A program made the position numbers and the translations under genes. The notes below the pieces were generated by a model, which saw only the letters and a list, made by a program, of their open reading frames with translations, had not been told where the DNA came from and ran no database searches. A stretch of DNA of 63,150 nucleotides, filler included, from Octopus bimaculoides (lineage: Eukaryota), in assembly GCF_001194135.2 (NCBI RefSeq). It is 5 parts of 4 records of this genome, joined end to end, with 100 filler letters (N's around TTAATTAATTAA, not from the genome) between each part and the next. Parts side by side here need not be neighbours in the genome. Positions count along the whole stretch, not along the records: positions 38,125 to 63,150 come from NC_068986.1; 4 more parts are not named here. One strand, written 5' to 3'. Shown here piece by piece: positions 51,311 to 63,150 of this stretch (its first letter is position 1; each line of letters begins with the position of its first letter).

Positions 51311-52792
51311 AAATCATGACCCTTTAATTTCTGAAAATGAATGGTATTGAGATTTGAAATGTTCATGTACTGTACATCATTACTGACAGAAATAAGCTAT
51401 CTAATGACTTTTTGAATGCAATACATGATAGTTTTATCATTTAAAATAAGTTATCATTGTTAATAAATTAATTTTTTACTGTATGTACACATTATCTAAG
51501 CTGGCTTTTGAATTCATTCCAATAATCTATGGGACAGGAGGTTGATGAAGTCTCAATAAGTCTGTAAAATGGTTAACAGATTAAAAAGTTTGAGAATTCC
51601 TGTTTAAGGGAGCAGTCTGTGATATATGGGACATTAGGCTGTTATTTTACCAAGTTAAATGAATATGTAGAGTAGACATGGGCAATCTTTTTTGAGAAGC
51701 ATGCAATGTGAGATATAGCTCATTATTATGCAGGCCATACTACTAAAAAAATTCAAGATAATTTTTCATTGGTGTGTCAATCAGAAACTCCTGGACCACT
51801 GGTTACTCATAACTCATGTAGAGGCTCTGTTATAGTTGTTGTGGCTGCTTAACTTCAGGTCAGGCTTAATTGAGCTGACTTATGATCAAAGTCATTCCTG
51901 CGTTGACAATCCTTTCGTTCCTCGAGACATAGTGCATTTAGGTATGAAATTGTATCTAAGGAAACTGATCTGCATAAACAAAAATAATATGGTGAAGAGA
52001 AATGCAATATTTGTAGGTTGTCCATTTGTTTAAAAATTTAAAAAGATATTTTTCTCACTCCTCTCTCTCCCCTCCTCTCTCTCACATGCACATGCACACA
52101 CACACACACACACACAGTGGGACAGCCTAAAATTTCTCCTGTCCTATCATACAAGCTTACTCAAACTCATAAACTTTCCAATGTCTTTAAGACCACTTTA
52201 CGTGATATGTCCTTTGTTTTTTTTAAGAGAGATTTGACAGCTATTTCTAGTAGGTTAGTTGATTAAATATAAGTATCTTGATTAGCTTAGCAATTCACGT
52301 AATGTCCTGGATTATGATATAACAGGAAGTTTTTACTGACTCAATTGTTAGCTAATGAGGCAAGTGACAAACTTGAGAATTCCCATGAAGAGAAAGACTA
52401 AAGTGTGGATGGAAGATAAACAACAAAAAAAAGCAATAACAGAAAAAAAGAACAGAGAAAAAAAGAAAGTGTTAACAGGTGGGAAGAATAAAAGGGAAGG
52501 TTATTTTCTGAACTAAGCAGCAAATAAAAGAATATGGTAATGAACATATAGTTAAGTGATATATTCCTGTTAGGTGGAAGAAAACATAATAAATGAAACA
52601 TGAATTTTTAAGAAGTATATAAATATCCTTGTTGCAGTCATTAGAGTGTGGCCATTAGTTGAATGTATCAAGCCCACTACTTATTTATTTTTTTAAAGTC
52701 TGGTGCTTATTCTATTGATCTATTTTTCCCAGGCTGCTAAGTTATGGGAACATAAACACGCCAACACTGGTTGTGTGTGTTGTGTATATCTA

Positions 52793-52870
<78 letters not shown>

Positions 52871-53354
52871 CAACATCATCATCATTATCATTTAACATCT
52901 GTTGTCTATGCTGGCATGGGTTGGATGGCTTCACCAGGGCTGGCAAGCTGAGGGGCTGCATCAGACTCCAGTCTGATTTGACATGGTTTCTACGGCTGGA
53001 TGCCCTTCCTAATGCCAACCACTCTGAGAGTGTAATGGGTGCTTTTATGTGCTACCTGCATGGGTGCCATTTGTGTGATACCAGGATCCGCCATGACTAT
53101 GATTTCATTTGGCTTGATGGGTCTTCTACCCAAGCATGGCATATTGCTGAAGGTCATGGTTATTTGTCATTGCTTCTGTCAGGCCCAATGCTTGAAAGGT
53201 GCTTTTTATTTTTATGTGCTACCGGCATAGGTGCTAGTTATGTGACACCAGCATTGGCCACATTGCCTCACTTCATTGTTCACTCACCTTTCCTCGTCTT
53301 TTGTTTTCTATATATATATGTGTGTGTATATATATATATATATATGACAAGATC

Positions 53355-53600
53355 TTCTTTAGTTTCTTATTTCTTTATTGCCCACAAGGGGCTAAACATA
53401 GAGGGGACAAACAAGGACAGACAAAGGGATTAAGTCAATTACATCGACCCCAGTACGTAACTGGTACTTAATTTATTGACCCCGAAAGGATGAAAGGCAA
53501 AGTCGACCTCGGCGGAATTTGAACTCAGAATGTAATGGCAGACGAAATACTGCCAAGCATTTCACTCGGCATGCTAACATTTCTGCCAGCTCGCCACCTT
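53355..53600 (-). mobile_element. SINE family A copy, same long tail as 13650-13716
   Basis: tttctttattgcccacaaggggctaaacatagagggg..gaaaggatgaaaggcaaagtcgacctcggcggaatttgaactcag..ctgccagctcgcc. Confidence 0.85.
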
Positions 53601-55596
53601 TTAGTTTCTGTCTACCAAATCCACTCACAAGGCTTTGGTTGGCCCAAGGCTATAGTAGAAGACATTTGCCCAAGGTACCATGCAGTGGGACTGAACTCGG
53701 AACCATGTGGCAAACTACTTTTTAAAAATTAACTTGTATGTGTGTGTGTGTGTGTGTATGTGTGCGTGTGTGTGTGTGTATTAAAAAATATATATATAAA
53801 TACACACTGGTGTCATGTAACTGGTACCCATGCCAGTAGCATGTGAAAAGCTCCTTTCAAGTATTGGGCTTCACAGAGGCAATGACTGAGACCTTTAGCA
53901 TAATGTCATGCTTGAGAAGAAGACCCATCTAGCCAAGTAGAACTGCAGTTGTGGCAGATACTGGTGTCATGCAAATGGTATCCATGTTGGTGGCACGTAA
54001 AAGTATCCATTACTCTCTTGGAGTGGTTGGCGTTAGGAAGGGCATCCAGCAGTAGATACCATGCCAAATCAGAATGGAGTCTGGTGCAGCCTTCCAGCTT
54101 ACCAGCCCTGGTCAAACCATCCAAACCATTCCAGCATAGACAACGGACGTTAAATGATGATGATGATATATATATATATGTATATATTGTCATTATCATT
54201 GTTTAATATCTGCTTTCCATGCTTGCATGGAAAGGACAGTTTGACAGGAACTGGCATGTCAGAAGAATGCACCTAACTCTCCTGTCTGTTTTGGCATGGT
54301 TTCTACGGTTAGATGTCCTTCCAAACACCCAACACTTTACAAAGTGTACAGGGTGCTTTTTACATGCCACCAGCAGCAGTGAGGTCACCAGGTAACTTGC
54401 AGGACAAGACTCCCTCCACGACATGGAGAAGTAATAGTGAAGGACAGAAGGGTGTCTTGTATTAGAGGAGAGATATGGCTTCCTTAGACGGGGTAAGATG
54501 GTGAAGATGTGAGAGAGAGGAGGCAGGGAACCATACGCCTAAGTTACAAGTTAGTGTATAAAGTAAAGTAAGCCAAGGATTGGAGAGGAAAGGTAGATGG
54601 GTGAGCTCACAAGACTTTGAAAGAAGAGTGAGAGCTAAATGGGGATGGGTGCAGGGTTAGGAAGGGCAGCCAACTGTAGAAACCATGCCAAAGCAGACAA
54701 TTGGAGCCCGGGGCAGTTCTCTGGCTTGCCACCTCCAGTCAAACTGTCCAGCCCATGCCAGCATGGAAAACAGATGTCAAATGATGATAATGTTATTGAT
54801 GTTGATGACATTGTATGCAGGTAAGTATGTGGATATGTGAAGGAGAGTGGAGGGGAGGAAGGAAGCAGTGGGGGGCAGGGGTGAGCAAGGGTGGGTTGTA
54901 GGAGAGGTAAGGGGTCATGGATATGGATTTTTCTTTGCTTAAAGTTTAGTGTTTCAATATATTTTCTTTCACCTGTCACTTTAACATGATTACATCATTT
55001 AATTTTATAGTCTTTACAATATTATTTCATTTCCTGTTTTGTTCAGGATTTAAGCTTTTATTTTCTTTCTTTTCTTCTTCCTATTTATATACACCTTTCT
55101 TTTCTTCTTCCTACCTATACACACTTTCTTTCTTTCTCGATTATTTTTTTTCTACTGTTTCCTATACTTTTTTCTTTTTTGCCTTTCTTCCCCCACACCT
55201 TTATGGAAATTTCCCAGCAACACTATATCCTGAACTTTCTCAATTGTGCCATTGGTTAATGAAGTTACCTAATAATCTAAATGTAATCATTGGGAAATAC
55301 AATGAGTAAAGAAAGGCAAAAAAAAAAAAAAGTCATTTCAAGAAATGTATTATTACCTGTTTAATGCCTGAATGGAATGTTTTGTCAAATAGTGTACCAA
55401 TCAACCTGATCTCAAATTTACCTCTCTGATTACAACCAGTATGCTGTGCTGCAACTGATGTGTAATAGAGGTGTTATTTACAGGTGACAGGAAAACTCAA
55501 TTTCAAGAATAGTTTCTCTGGTGAGGTTTTCACACAGCTAAACACTTCCTTCTATCACTTATAGCACTAATAATAATAATAATAATAATAATAATG

Positions 55597-55648
<52 letters not shown>

Positions 55649-55663
55649 CAACAACAATAATAA

Positions 55664-55878
55664 TCCTTTTTACTACAGGCACAAGGCCTGAAATTTGGGG
55701 AAGGGAGCCAGTTGATTATATCAACCCTAGTACTCAACTGGTACTTAATTTATCAACCCCAAAAGGATGAAAAGCAAAGTCGACCTCAGCAGAATTTGAA
55801 CCCAGAACGTAGCAGCAGACAAAATACTGGTAAGCATTTCACCCGGTGTGCTAACGATTCTGCCAGGTTGCTGCCTTG

Positions 55879-55927
<49 letters not shown>

Positions 55928-56130
55928 TATAATAATAATAATCCTCTCTACTATAGGCACAAGGCCTGGATTTTGTTGGGAGGCAGATTGTCGATTACAT
56001 CGACCGCAATGTTTCACAGGTACTTAATCTATTGACCTGCAAAGGATGAAATGCAAAGTCAATGCTGGCAGAATTTGAACTCAGAACATAGTGACGAGCG
56101 AAATACCACTAAGCATTTCATCCAGCATGA
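55664..56130 (-). mobile_element. Two head-to-tail SINE family A copies embedded in (AAT)n
   Basis: Copies at 55664-55878 and 55942-56130, each preceded on the plus strand by an (AAT)n tract. Confidence 0.85.
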
Positions 56131-56285
56131 TTCTATCATCACACCGTTTTGAGTGGTTGGCGTTAGGAAGGGCATCCAGCTGTAGAAACTCTGCCAAATT
56201 AGATTGGAGCCTGGTGTTGCCATCCGGTTTCACCAGTCCTCAGCCGAATCGTCCAACCCATGCTAGCATGGAAAGCGGACGTTAA

Positions 56286-56317
<32 letters not shown>

Positions 56318-56333
56318 AATAATAATATTAATA

Positions 56334-56365
<32 letters not shown>

Positions 56366-56645
56366 TTCATTTTCCACCAGGGTGAAGGATGATGGGGGAA
56401 AATACAAAGACAGACATAAAGTTTTGTGGTTTATATATAATGAAATGATAAAAAGAAAATAATATATACTTTCATTCTTTTACTTATTTCAGTCATTTGA
56501 CTGCAACCATGCTGGAGCACTGCCTTCAAGGGTTTTAGTTGAAGAAATCGACCCCAGGGCTTATTCTTTGTAAGGCTAGTACTTACTCTATTAGTCTGTT
56601 TTGCTGAGCCGCTAAGTTAAGAGGACAAACACAGACAGACAGACA

Positions 56646-56701
<56 letters not shown>

Positions 56702-56732
56702 TATATTCATTAAATTAATAATTGTATACATA

Positions 56733-58005
56733 CAGGGGTTGGACAAAATAATGGAAACACCTAGCATCATAGCATCATGATTTTGAAATATCTATAAAAC
56801 TGTCAAAAACTTGTCTATTTTTATATTTTTTAATTTCTTATTAGTGTTGCTTAATATGTTTTGTTAAAATTGCTGTTTCTTTTGAGATATCATCAGAAGA
56901 AGGTAATTAAAATTCATTAGAATGACAGATCTATCAGACTTTCAAAGAGGTCAAATTGTTGGTGCCGTATGGTAGGTGTTAGCGTAACGAAAATAGCTGA
57001 AATGTTTGGTATTTCAAGAAGTACTGTCTCGAAAGTAATGACAGCCTTTGAGAAAGAGGGAAAAACCTCCTTGTTGAAACAAAACTCCGGAAGAAAACCA
57101 AAACTTTCAGATAGGGACCGTTGAACTCTTTATGCGAATTGTTAGAAAGGATCACAAAAGTACAGCTCCCAAAATTACTGCTCAGCTTAATGACCACCTG
57201 TAGAACCTAGTTTCCACAAACACTGTTTGCTGGGAGCTGCACAAAGCTGGATTTCACGGGAGGGTTGCAATCAGAAAACCACTACTTTCAAAAACAAACT
57301 TTGCAAAGTGTTTAGAGTGGAATAAAAACCTGCAGAATTGGTCTCTAGAGCAGTGGAAGAATGTTATTTTCTCGGATGTATCATCCTTTACTTTATTTCC
57401 GACCACCAGCCAAGTATATGTGTGGAGACAGCCAAAAGAAGCATTTGACCCAGATTGCCTTCTTCCAACAGTTAAACATAGAGGAGGACCTGTGATAATC
57501 TGAGTCGTCATATCTTGGAAATTCACTGGCCCAATGGTTTCCATTCATGGCAGAATTAATAGTCAAGACTATTTAAGCATTTTATCAGATCAAATTCATC
57601 CTATGGTTGTGGAACTGTTTCCGGAGGGAAAAGCAATCTTTCAGAATGATAAGGCACCAATTCACACAACTAAAGCTGTTACTGAATGGCACAAGGAACA
57701 TTCTAGTGAAGTAGAACATCTTATCTGGCCATCACAGTCCCCAGATCTCAATATTATCGAACATTTATGGTGCATTTTAGAAAAACAAATAAGGAGTTGA
57801 TATCCTCCACCATCATCACTACAAGAACTGGAGACTGTTTTAGCTGAAGAATGGACAAAAATTACTTTGGAAACAATTCAGATTTTGCACGAGTCCGTAC
57901 CTTGTAGAATTCAAGCAGTAATTACTGCCAAAGGCAGTCCTACCCTATATTAAAATAAATTTGTTTGAAATTTTAAGGTGTTTCCATTATTTTGTCCAAT
58001 CTCTG
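56733..58005 (+). mobile_element. Full-length Tc1/mariner DNA transposon, DD36E (Incomer-like)
   Basis: 30-bp TIRs caggggttggacaaaataatggaaacacct (56733-56762) and aggtgtttccattattttgtccaatctctg (57976-58005), 2 mismatches. TA on both flanks (56731-32, 58006-07). Length 1273 bp, containing a transposase relic. Confidence 0.95.
56922..57953 (+). pseudogene. Degenerate Tc1-family transposase (one frameshift near the N-terminus, several stops)
   Basis: MTDLSDFQRGQIVGA / GRKPKLSDRDR / VIFSD (D at 57375) / FQNDKAPIH (D at 57648) / WPSQSPDLNIIEHLW (E at 57759) / AKGSPTLY*. There are 36 residues between the second D and the E. Confidence 0.9.
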
Positions 58006-59019
58006 TATGTGCAAATATTTGTATGTAGAAATGCAAATCTGCTTTGTACGGTATGTATAATTATTTGTATTTATATTTCCCATGTATTGTGTTGTTGAAT
58101 GAAAAAAACCTGTTTTTATTGGTTTTAATCCAGAAATTGCACCCAATCCACAATTGAAGTCTTTTCAATATTTTTTCACTAGCCCAATTTCAGCCATGTG
58201 TATATTTAGTCTGGAGTTTTTGGTAGTTTTTGAGTGCCTTGGCACTTCAAGCATGCTGGAGACATGTTGTTTTTGCCCTTGCTCCTTTAATATAAATATA
58301 ATCATATATATATATAATTATTAATTTAATGTATAAATTATCTATAAATTTTTATAGCATGCTGACTACCTGATAAAAATCATTAACATGATTTTATCCT
58401 TATATTATATATATATATATCATTAACATGATTTTATCCTTATATATATATNNNNNNNNNNNNNNNNNNNNNNNNNNNNNNNNNNNNNNNNNNNNNNNNN
58501 NNNNNNNNNNNNNNNNNNNNNNNNNNNNNNNNNNNNNNNNNNNNNNNNNNNNNNNNNNNNNNNNNNNNNNNNNNNNNNNNNNNNNNNNNNNNNNNNNNNN
58601 NNNNNNNNNNNNNNNNNNNNNNNNNNNNNNNNNNNNNNNNNNNNNNNNNNNNNNNNNNNNNNNNNNNNNNNNNNNNNNNNNNNNNNNNNNNNNNNNNNNN
58701 NNNNNNNNNNNNNNNNNNNNNNNNNNNNNNNNNNNNNNNNNNNNNNNNNNNNNNNNNNNNNNNNNNNNNNNNNNNNNNNNNNNNNNNNNNNNNNNNNNNN
58801 NNNNNNNNNNNNNNNNNNNNNNNNNNNNNNNNNNNNNNNNNNNNNNNNNNNNNNNNNNNNNNNNNNNNNNNNNNNNNNNNNNNNNNNNNNNNNNNNNNNN
58901 NNNNNNNNNNNNNNNNNNNNNNNNNNNNNNNNNNNNNNNNNNNNNNNNNNNNNNNNNNNNNNNNNNNNNNNNNNNNNNNNNNNNNNNNNNNNNNNNNNNN
59001 NNNNNNNNNNNNNNNNNNN

Positions 59020-59064
<45 letters not shown>

Positions 59065-59784
59065 CATACATATATGTGTGTGTGTGTGTGTTTATGTGTC
59101 TGTGTTTGTCCACTCACCATCGCTTGACAACCAATACTGGTGTGCTTACATCCCTGTAACTTAGCAGTTTGGCAAAAGACACCAATATAATAAGTACTAG
59201 GCTTACAAAGAATAAGTCCTGGGGTTAATTTGTTCGACTAGGGGTGATACTCCAGCATGGCCACAGTCAAATTATTGAAACAAATAAAAGAATAAAAAAT
59301 GAAGGTACGTAAAGGAACCCCCAGTGTGATGGTAGTTGTGAACTCCTGAAAATTTGGTCAAAACATGAAATCCCATAATACAAAATTAATTTTTCCCTTT
59401 GATTTTCATGTTAAGAAGCGATAATGAGTTCCAACAGATTGTTTTGGGAAAAGAGCAACAACAACAACAAGTGAGCAACATGACCACTTATGCGTGAAAA
59501 TAACGATTTCTTAAAACATACAGTGCAATATATACAGTAACTGCTAAACATTTTGTCTGACAGGCTTATGATTCTGCCAGTTGCATCATTATCATGATCA
59601 CGATCATGATGATCGTTATCATCATCATCATCATCATCATCAGCAACATTTAACATCTGTTTTCCATGCTGGCATGGGTTGGCTGGCTTGACAGGAACTG
59701 GCTAAGCCAGAGGCCACACCAGGTTTCATAGTCTGTTTTGGATTGGTTTCTATGGCTGGGTGCCCTTCCAAATGCCAGTAGTCT

Positions 59785-61555
59785 GTCGGCACAAGGCTGG
59801 CAATTTTGAGGGAAAGGGTATTGTCGATTACACTGACCCCCCATCGGTAGTATATTTTACCAATCCTGAAAAGATGAAATGTAAAGCTGACCTTGGCAGG
59901 ATTTTTAACTCAGAATGTAAAGAGCCCAGTATTTTTCAAGGGTTCTCACAATTCTGCCAGAGAGCCAACTTAATAATAATGTTTTTTACTATAGGCACAA
60001 GGCTTGAAATCTTGAAGGTTTGGATAAGTTGATTAAATTGATTCCAGTTTTGATCTGGCACTCATTTCATTGACCCTGAAAGGGTGAAGGGCAAAGTTGA
60101 CCCTGACAAAATTTGAACTCAGAACACAAAGATAGAGGAAAAGCCAACTAACAATTCTGCCAACCCATCTCCTCGATAATGGTTTCTAATTTTGGCATAA
60201 GGTTAGCAATTTTAGGGGAAGAGTAAGTTGATTAAATGGACCCAAATTCTTAATTGATACTTAATCTCACTGACTTTGAAAGGGTGTAAAGCAAAGTCAA
60301 TTGCAGCAAAATTTGAACTTGGGATATAATAATGAATGAAATACAATTGAGCATTTTGTCCTATGCACTAAGAACTCTGCCAGCTTGCCACATTAATAAT
60401 GGTCTTGTAGCATAGCGAAGATAGCTGAATTACATCCCTTCGCTGGCAAACACCACCAGATGGCAAAGATAGCTGAATTATCTCCCTTTGATGAGATAGA
60501 CCACCAGGTGGCATGACAGCGAAAACCTATATATTCCAGTGTTTTGGTGCCCTCTTCCTCTTTTGCCATTTTGGTGCACCAAGGAACACAATCTCTCTTC
60601 TGCCTAAAGGCCATGATCCACATGTGGTTACTGTCATTCTAACTATGTCTGCCTAAGCCGATTTCTTATCGTTGCCACAATGAGGCCTATTATGAATTTG
60701 CTACAGGAAGTGCCAGGCTTGAACCAAATATGTTTTCTACTGCATACACATTTCCGGTACTTTCACAATCTTCTCTCGTGACTAAGTAGTTCTTACTGGT
60801 CATTCAAAGAGACTCAAGACATGTGGATATTTGATTTCTTACATCATGTAAAAGCTGTGGTTGTACCATCCTTTCTAGTAAATTTTATTTATTATGGTAA
60901 AACAGTCTTCATCTTTTTCTACACACCCAACACTAAAATCTCTGATCCTGGCATAAGGTTAGCTATTTCAGAGGTGCAGTTCTCAACTAGCACTTATTTT
61001 ATTGACCCTGAAACACTGAAAAGCAAAGTCGACCATGGCAGGATTTGAACTCAGAACATAAAGACAGATGAAATACCACTAAGCATTTTGTCCAGTAGGC
61101 TAATGATTCTGCCAGCTCACTGCCTTAATAATAGCAATAATTCTTTCTAACTTTTGGCACAATGCTAGCAATTTTGAGGGGAGGGGATGGGCAACTACAT
61201 TGACCTAGTGCTCAACTGCTACTTATTTTATCGACCCATAAAGGATGAAAGGCAAAGTCAACTTTAATGGAATTTGACCTCAGAACATAATTAGTTGAAA
61301 GAAATGCCACTAAACATTTTATCTGGGATACTAATAATGATAATAATGGTTTCAAATTTTGGCATGGGGCCAACAAAATTCGAGACAGGGGTTAGTCAAC
61401 TGCGTTGACCCCAATGCTCAGCTGGTACTTATTTTTATCAAAGCTGGAAAGATGAAAGGCAAAGTTGACTTCAGTGGGATTTGATCTCAGAACAGTAAAG
61501 GGGTCAGAAGAAATAGCACATGGCATTTTGCCGGATGCTCTACTGATTCTTCTCC
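59785..61555 (-). mobile_element. Cluster of six co-oriented SINE family A copies
   Basis: Copies at about 59785-59970, 59985-60175, 60180-60390, 60940-61130, 61142-61330 and 61348-61555, most joined by short aataat linkers. Confidence 0.8.
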
Positions 61556-61599
61556 ATAAATTCATCCTCAAAGATAAGCCAGTCTTTTCCACTACTAAC

Positions 61600-61767
61600 A
61601 CCACCACTGCTCACAAACCCCCCCTCTCTCTCTCTACCACCTCTAGAGCTATTTATAGTAACAGCTGTACTTGTAGAAACTACTGCTGCTACTTTTGCTG
61701 CTACTGCTATTGCTGATGCTACCACCATCACCACCACCAATACCACTGCTGCTGCCGCCCCCACCGC

Positions 61768-61825
<58 letters not shown>

Positions 61826-62790
61826 CATGCACGTCATCAAAAATAACTGCAACTACAGGCACTGCTATTAACCCCACCTCCACTTCAAGTATCTTTTCCT
61901 CACTATCACCATCGTCATCTCTTTCATCATTGCTAACCCCACTACTAATATCACATCTGCTGGGCTGCTGAGTGATGCTGCTGTTGCTATCACAGTCACA
62001 GTACCATTACCATTGTAATCACCTCCTCTGTCGTCACTATAACCACTGTACTCATCATTATTATCATCGTTATCATCACCACCACCACCACCATCATCGT
62101 CATCATCATTATCCCTACCACCATCATCACCACCACCACCACTATCGTCATCATCATCATCATCATCTTCATCCTCATTCTCATCATCATCACCATCACC
62201 ACCACCACCGCCACTGCCACCACCACTGCCGCTGCCGCCTGGTCTCACCTTCACTCTCATTACCGTCACCACCACCACCAACATCATCAACTACAACAAC
62301 AACAACAGCACCTCTGTAACCCCATCACCGCTGCCACTACTATAACCCTCACTACCTCATGGTCACTCCATACCACCACTATCGTCTCAGTATTGTGCCC
62401 CATCTATAGCCATCGCTATCACAATGTCACCTCCACTGGAACCATAGTAACCATCACCGCCTCAGTATCAACCCCCACCTGCTCACTATCACTGCCATAA
62501 CTATAACCGTCCATCTCCTTCCGGATCATCCCCCACCTACTCAATCTCACTACTGCTACGACCATCACTAACCACTGTACCATTTTGTCACCACTACGTC
62601 AACCACCACCACCACCACCATCGCCACCACCATCACCACCCTCACAGTCACCACCGTCAGTGACACCACCACCATCATCATCACCACCACCATCCCCCAT
62701 CACTACCACCACCTCCACCACTACTATTGGCAAAATCCTTATTGCTCTCAGTATCACATTCAACCATCAGTATAACCATCACAATTCATA
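61600..62790. repeat. Cryptic trinucleotide low-complexity region (CAC/CAT/CTA/CCA)n
   Basis: Seen directly; it generates spurious poly-G/D/H/V ORFs. Confidence 0.9.
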
Positions 62791-62945
62791 GAATCACCCC
62801 AGTCAACAGTAAAGTAGTAAGTAAAACCAATGAGTAAGTCTCTATACAGTTGTTTGACTTGTTAAAATCAAAAGCCAAATCTCCCTCAACTAAGACCGTC
62901 TACAATATTTAAAAAACAAAACAAATATATAAGCATATTAGGTAC

Positions 62946-63150
62946 AGGTATGACTCTGTGGTAAGAAATTTGCTTCCCAACCAAACAGTTTTAGGTTCAG
63001 TGTTACTCTATGGTACCTGGGCAAGTGTTTCTACAATAGCCCCAGGTTGACAAATGCCTTGTGAGTGGATATAAACTGAAAGTGGACAGAAACTGAAAGA
63101 AGCCTGTCATATATGTATGTGAGTGTGTGTGTATATATATATGTATATAT
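62946..63150 (+). mobile_element. SINE family B head running into a (TG/TA)n tract at the window edge
   Basis: ctgtggtaagaaatttgcttcccaacc..ggttcagtg..cctgggcaagtgtt..tgtgagtggat..aaactgaaagaagcctgtc. Confidence 0.8.

Larger units (their letters stand above)
49085..52040 (+). repeat. Interspersed repeat E, two ~170-bp copies (49085-49260, 51868-52040)
   Basis: Both contain gagctgacttatgatcaaagt...gcatttaggtatgaaattgtatctaa...caaaaataatat.gtgaagag. Confidence 0.8.
52870..56310. mobile_element. SINE/LINE-tail family C copies with (GAT)n tails: 52870-53275 (-), 53805-54165 (+), 54190-54420 (-), 54650-54810 (+), 56140-56310 (+); also 59620-59780 (-) and 48890-48975 (+)
   Basis: Shared gtggttggcgttaggaagggcatccagc.gtagaaac..ccaacccatgc.agcatgga..cggacgttaaatgatgatgat. 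Confidence 0.8.

Noticed and set aside
61868-62319. Gly/Asp/His-rich ORFs resembling acidic or metal-binding proteins
   Set aside because: Products of trinucleotide low-complexity DNA. All frames give homopolymer runs and there is no splice or homology support.

Overview
AT-rich, microsatellite-saturated animal genomic DNA with many N gaps. The repeat content and gap style suggest an Octopus assembly; this is an inference, not a database match. The window is mostly intronic or intergenic. One protein-coding exon is recognisable: the N-terminal exon of a copine (minus strand, 43073-43000, MATDMFLPGSSMIPATLVELSVSC[R], phase-2 GT donor). I could not find the downstream copine exons in the sequenced bases. 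Three weaker candidate exons lie at 226-339, 5233-5353 and 19387-19563. DNA transposons: a full-length degenerate Tc1-like element with DD36E spacing (Incomer type, 56733-58005), deleted mariner and DD41D-like relics, two hAT MITEs with 8-bp TSDs and a long-TIR element. Retroelements: a 5'-truncated Dong/R4 LINE sitting in a TAA/CAA microsatellite, Hero, L1/Tx1 and CR1/L2 fragments, and dozens of SINE copies from at least four families. The best candidate for an undescribed system is a tRNA-headed SINE-like element carrying a hammerhead-ribozyme core (23745-24034, minus), with further degenerate hammerhead-like motifs at about 30005 and 40735. Also notable are two ~250-bp fold-back palindromes, an A-B-A'-B(inverted) rearrangement and a head-to-tail SINE pile-up. 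Four N44-TTAATTAATTAA-N44 blocks are artificial scaffold joins, so adjacency across them is unproven. Most repeat boundaries are approximate, judged by eye.
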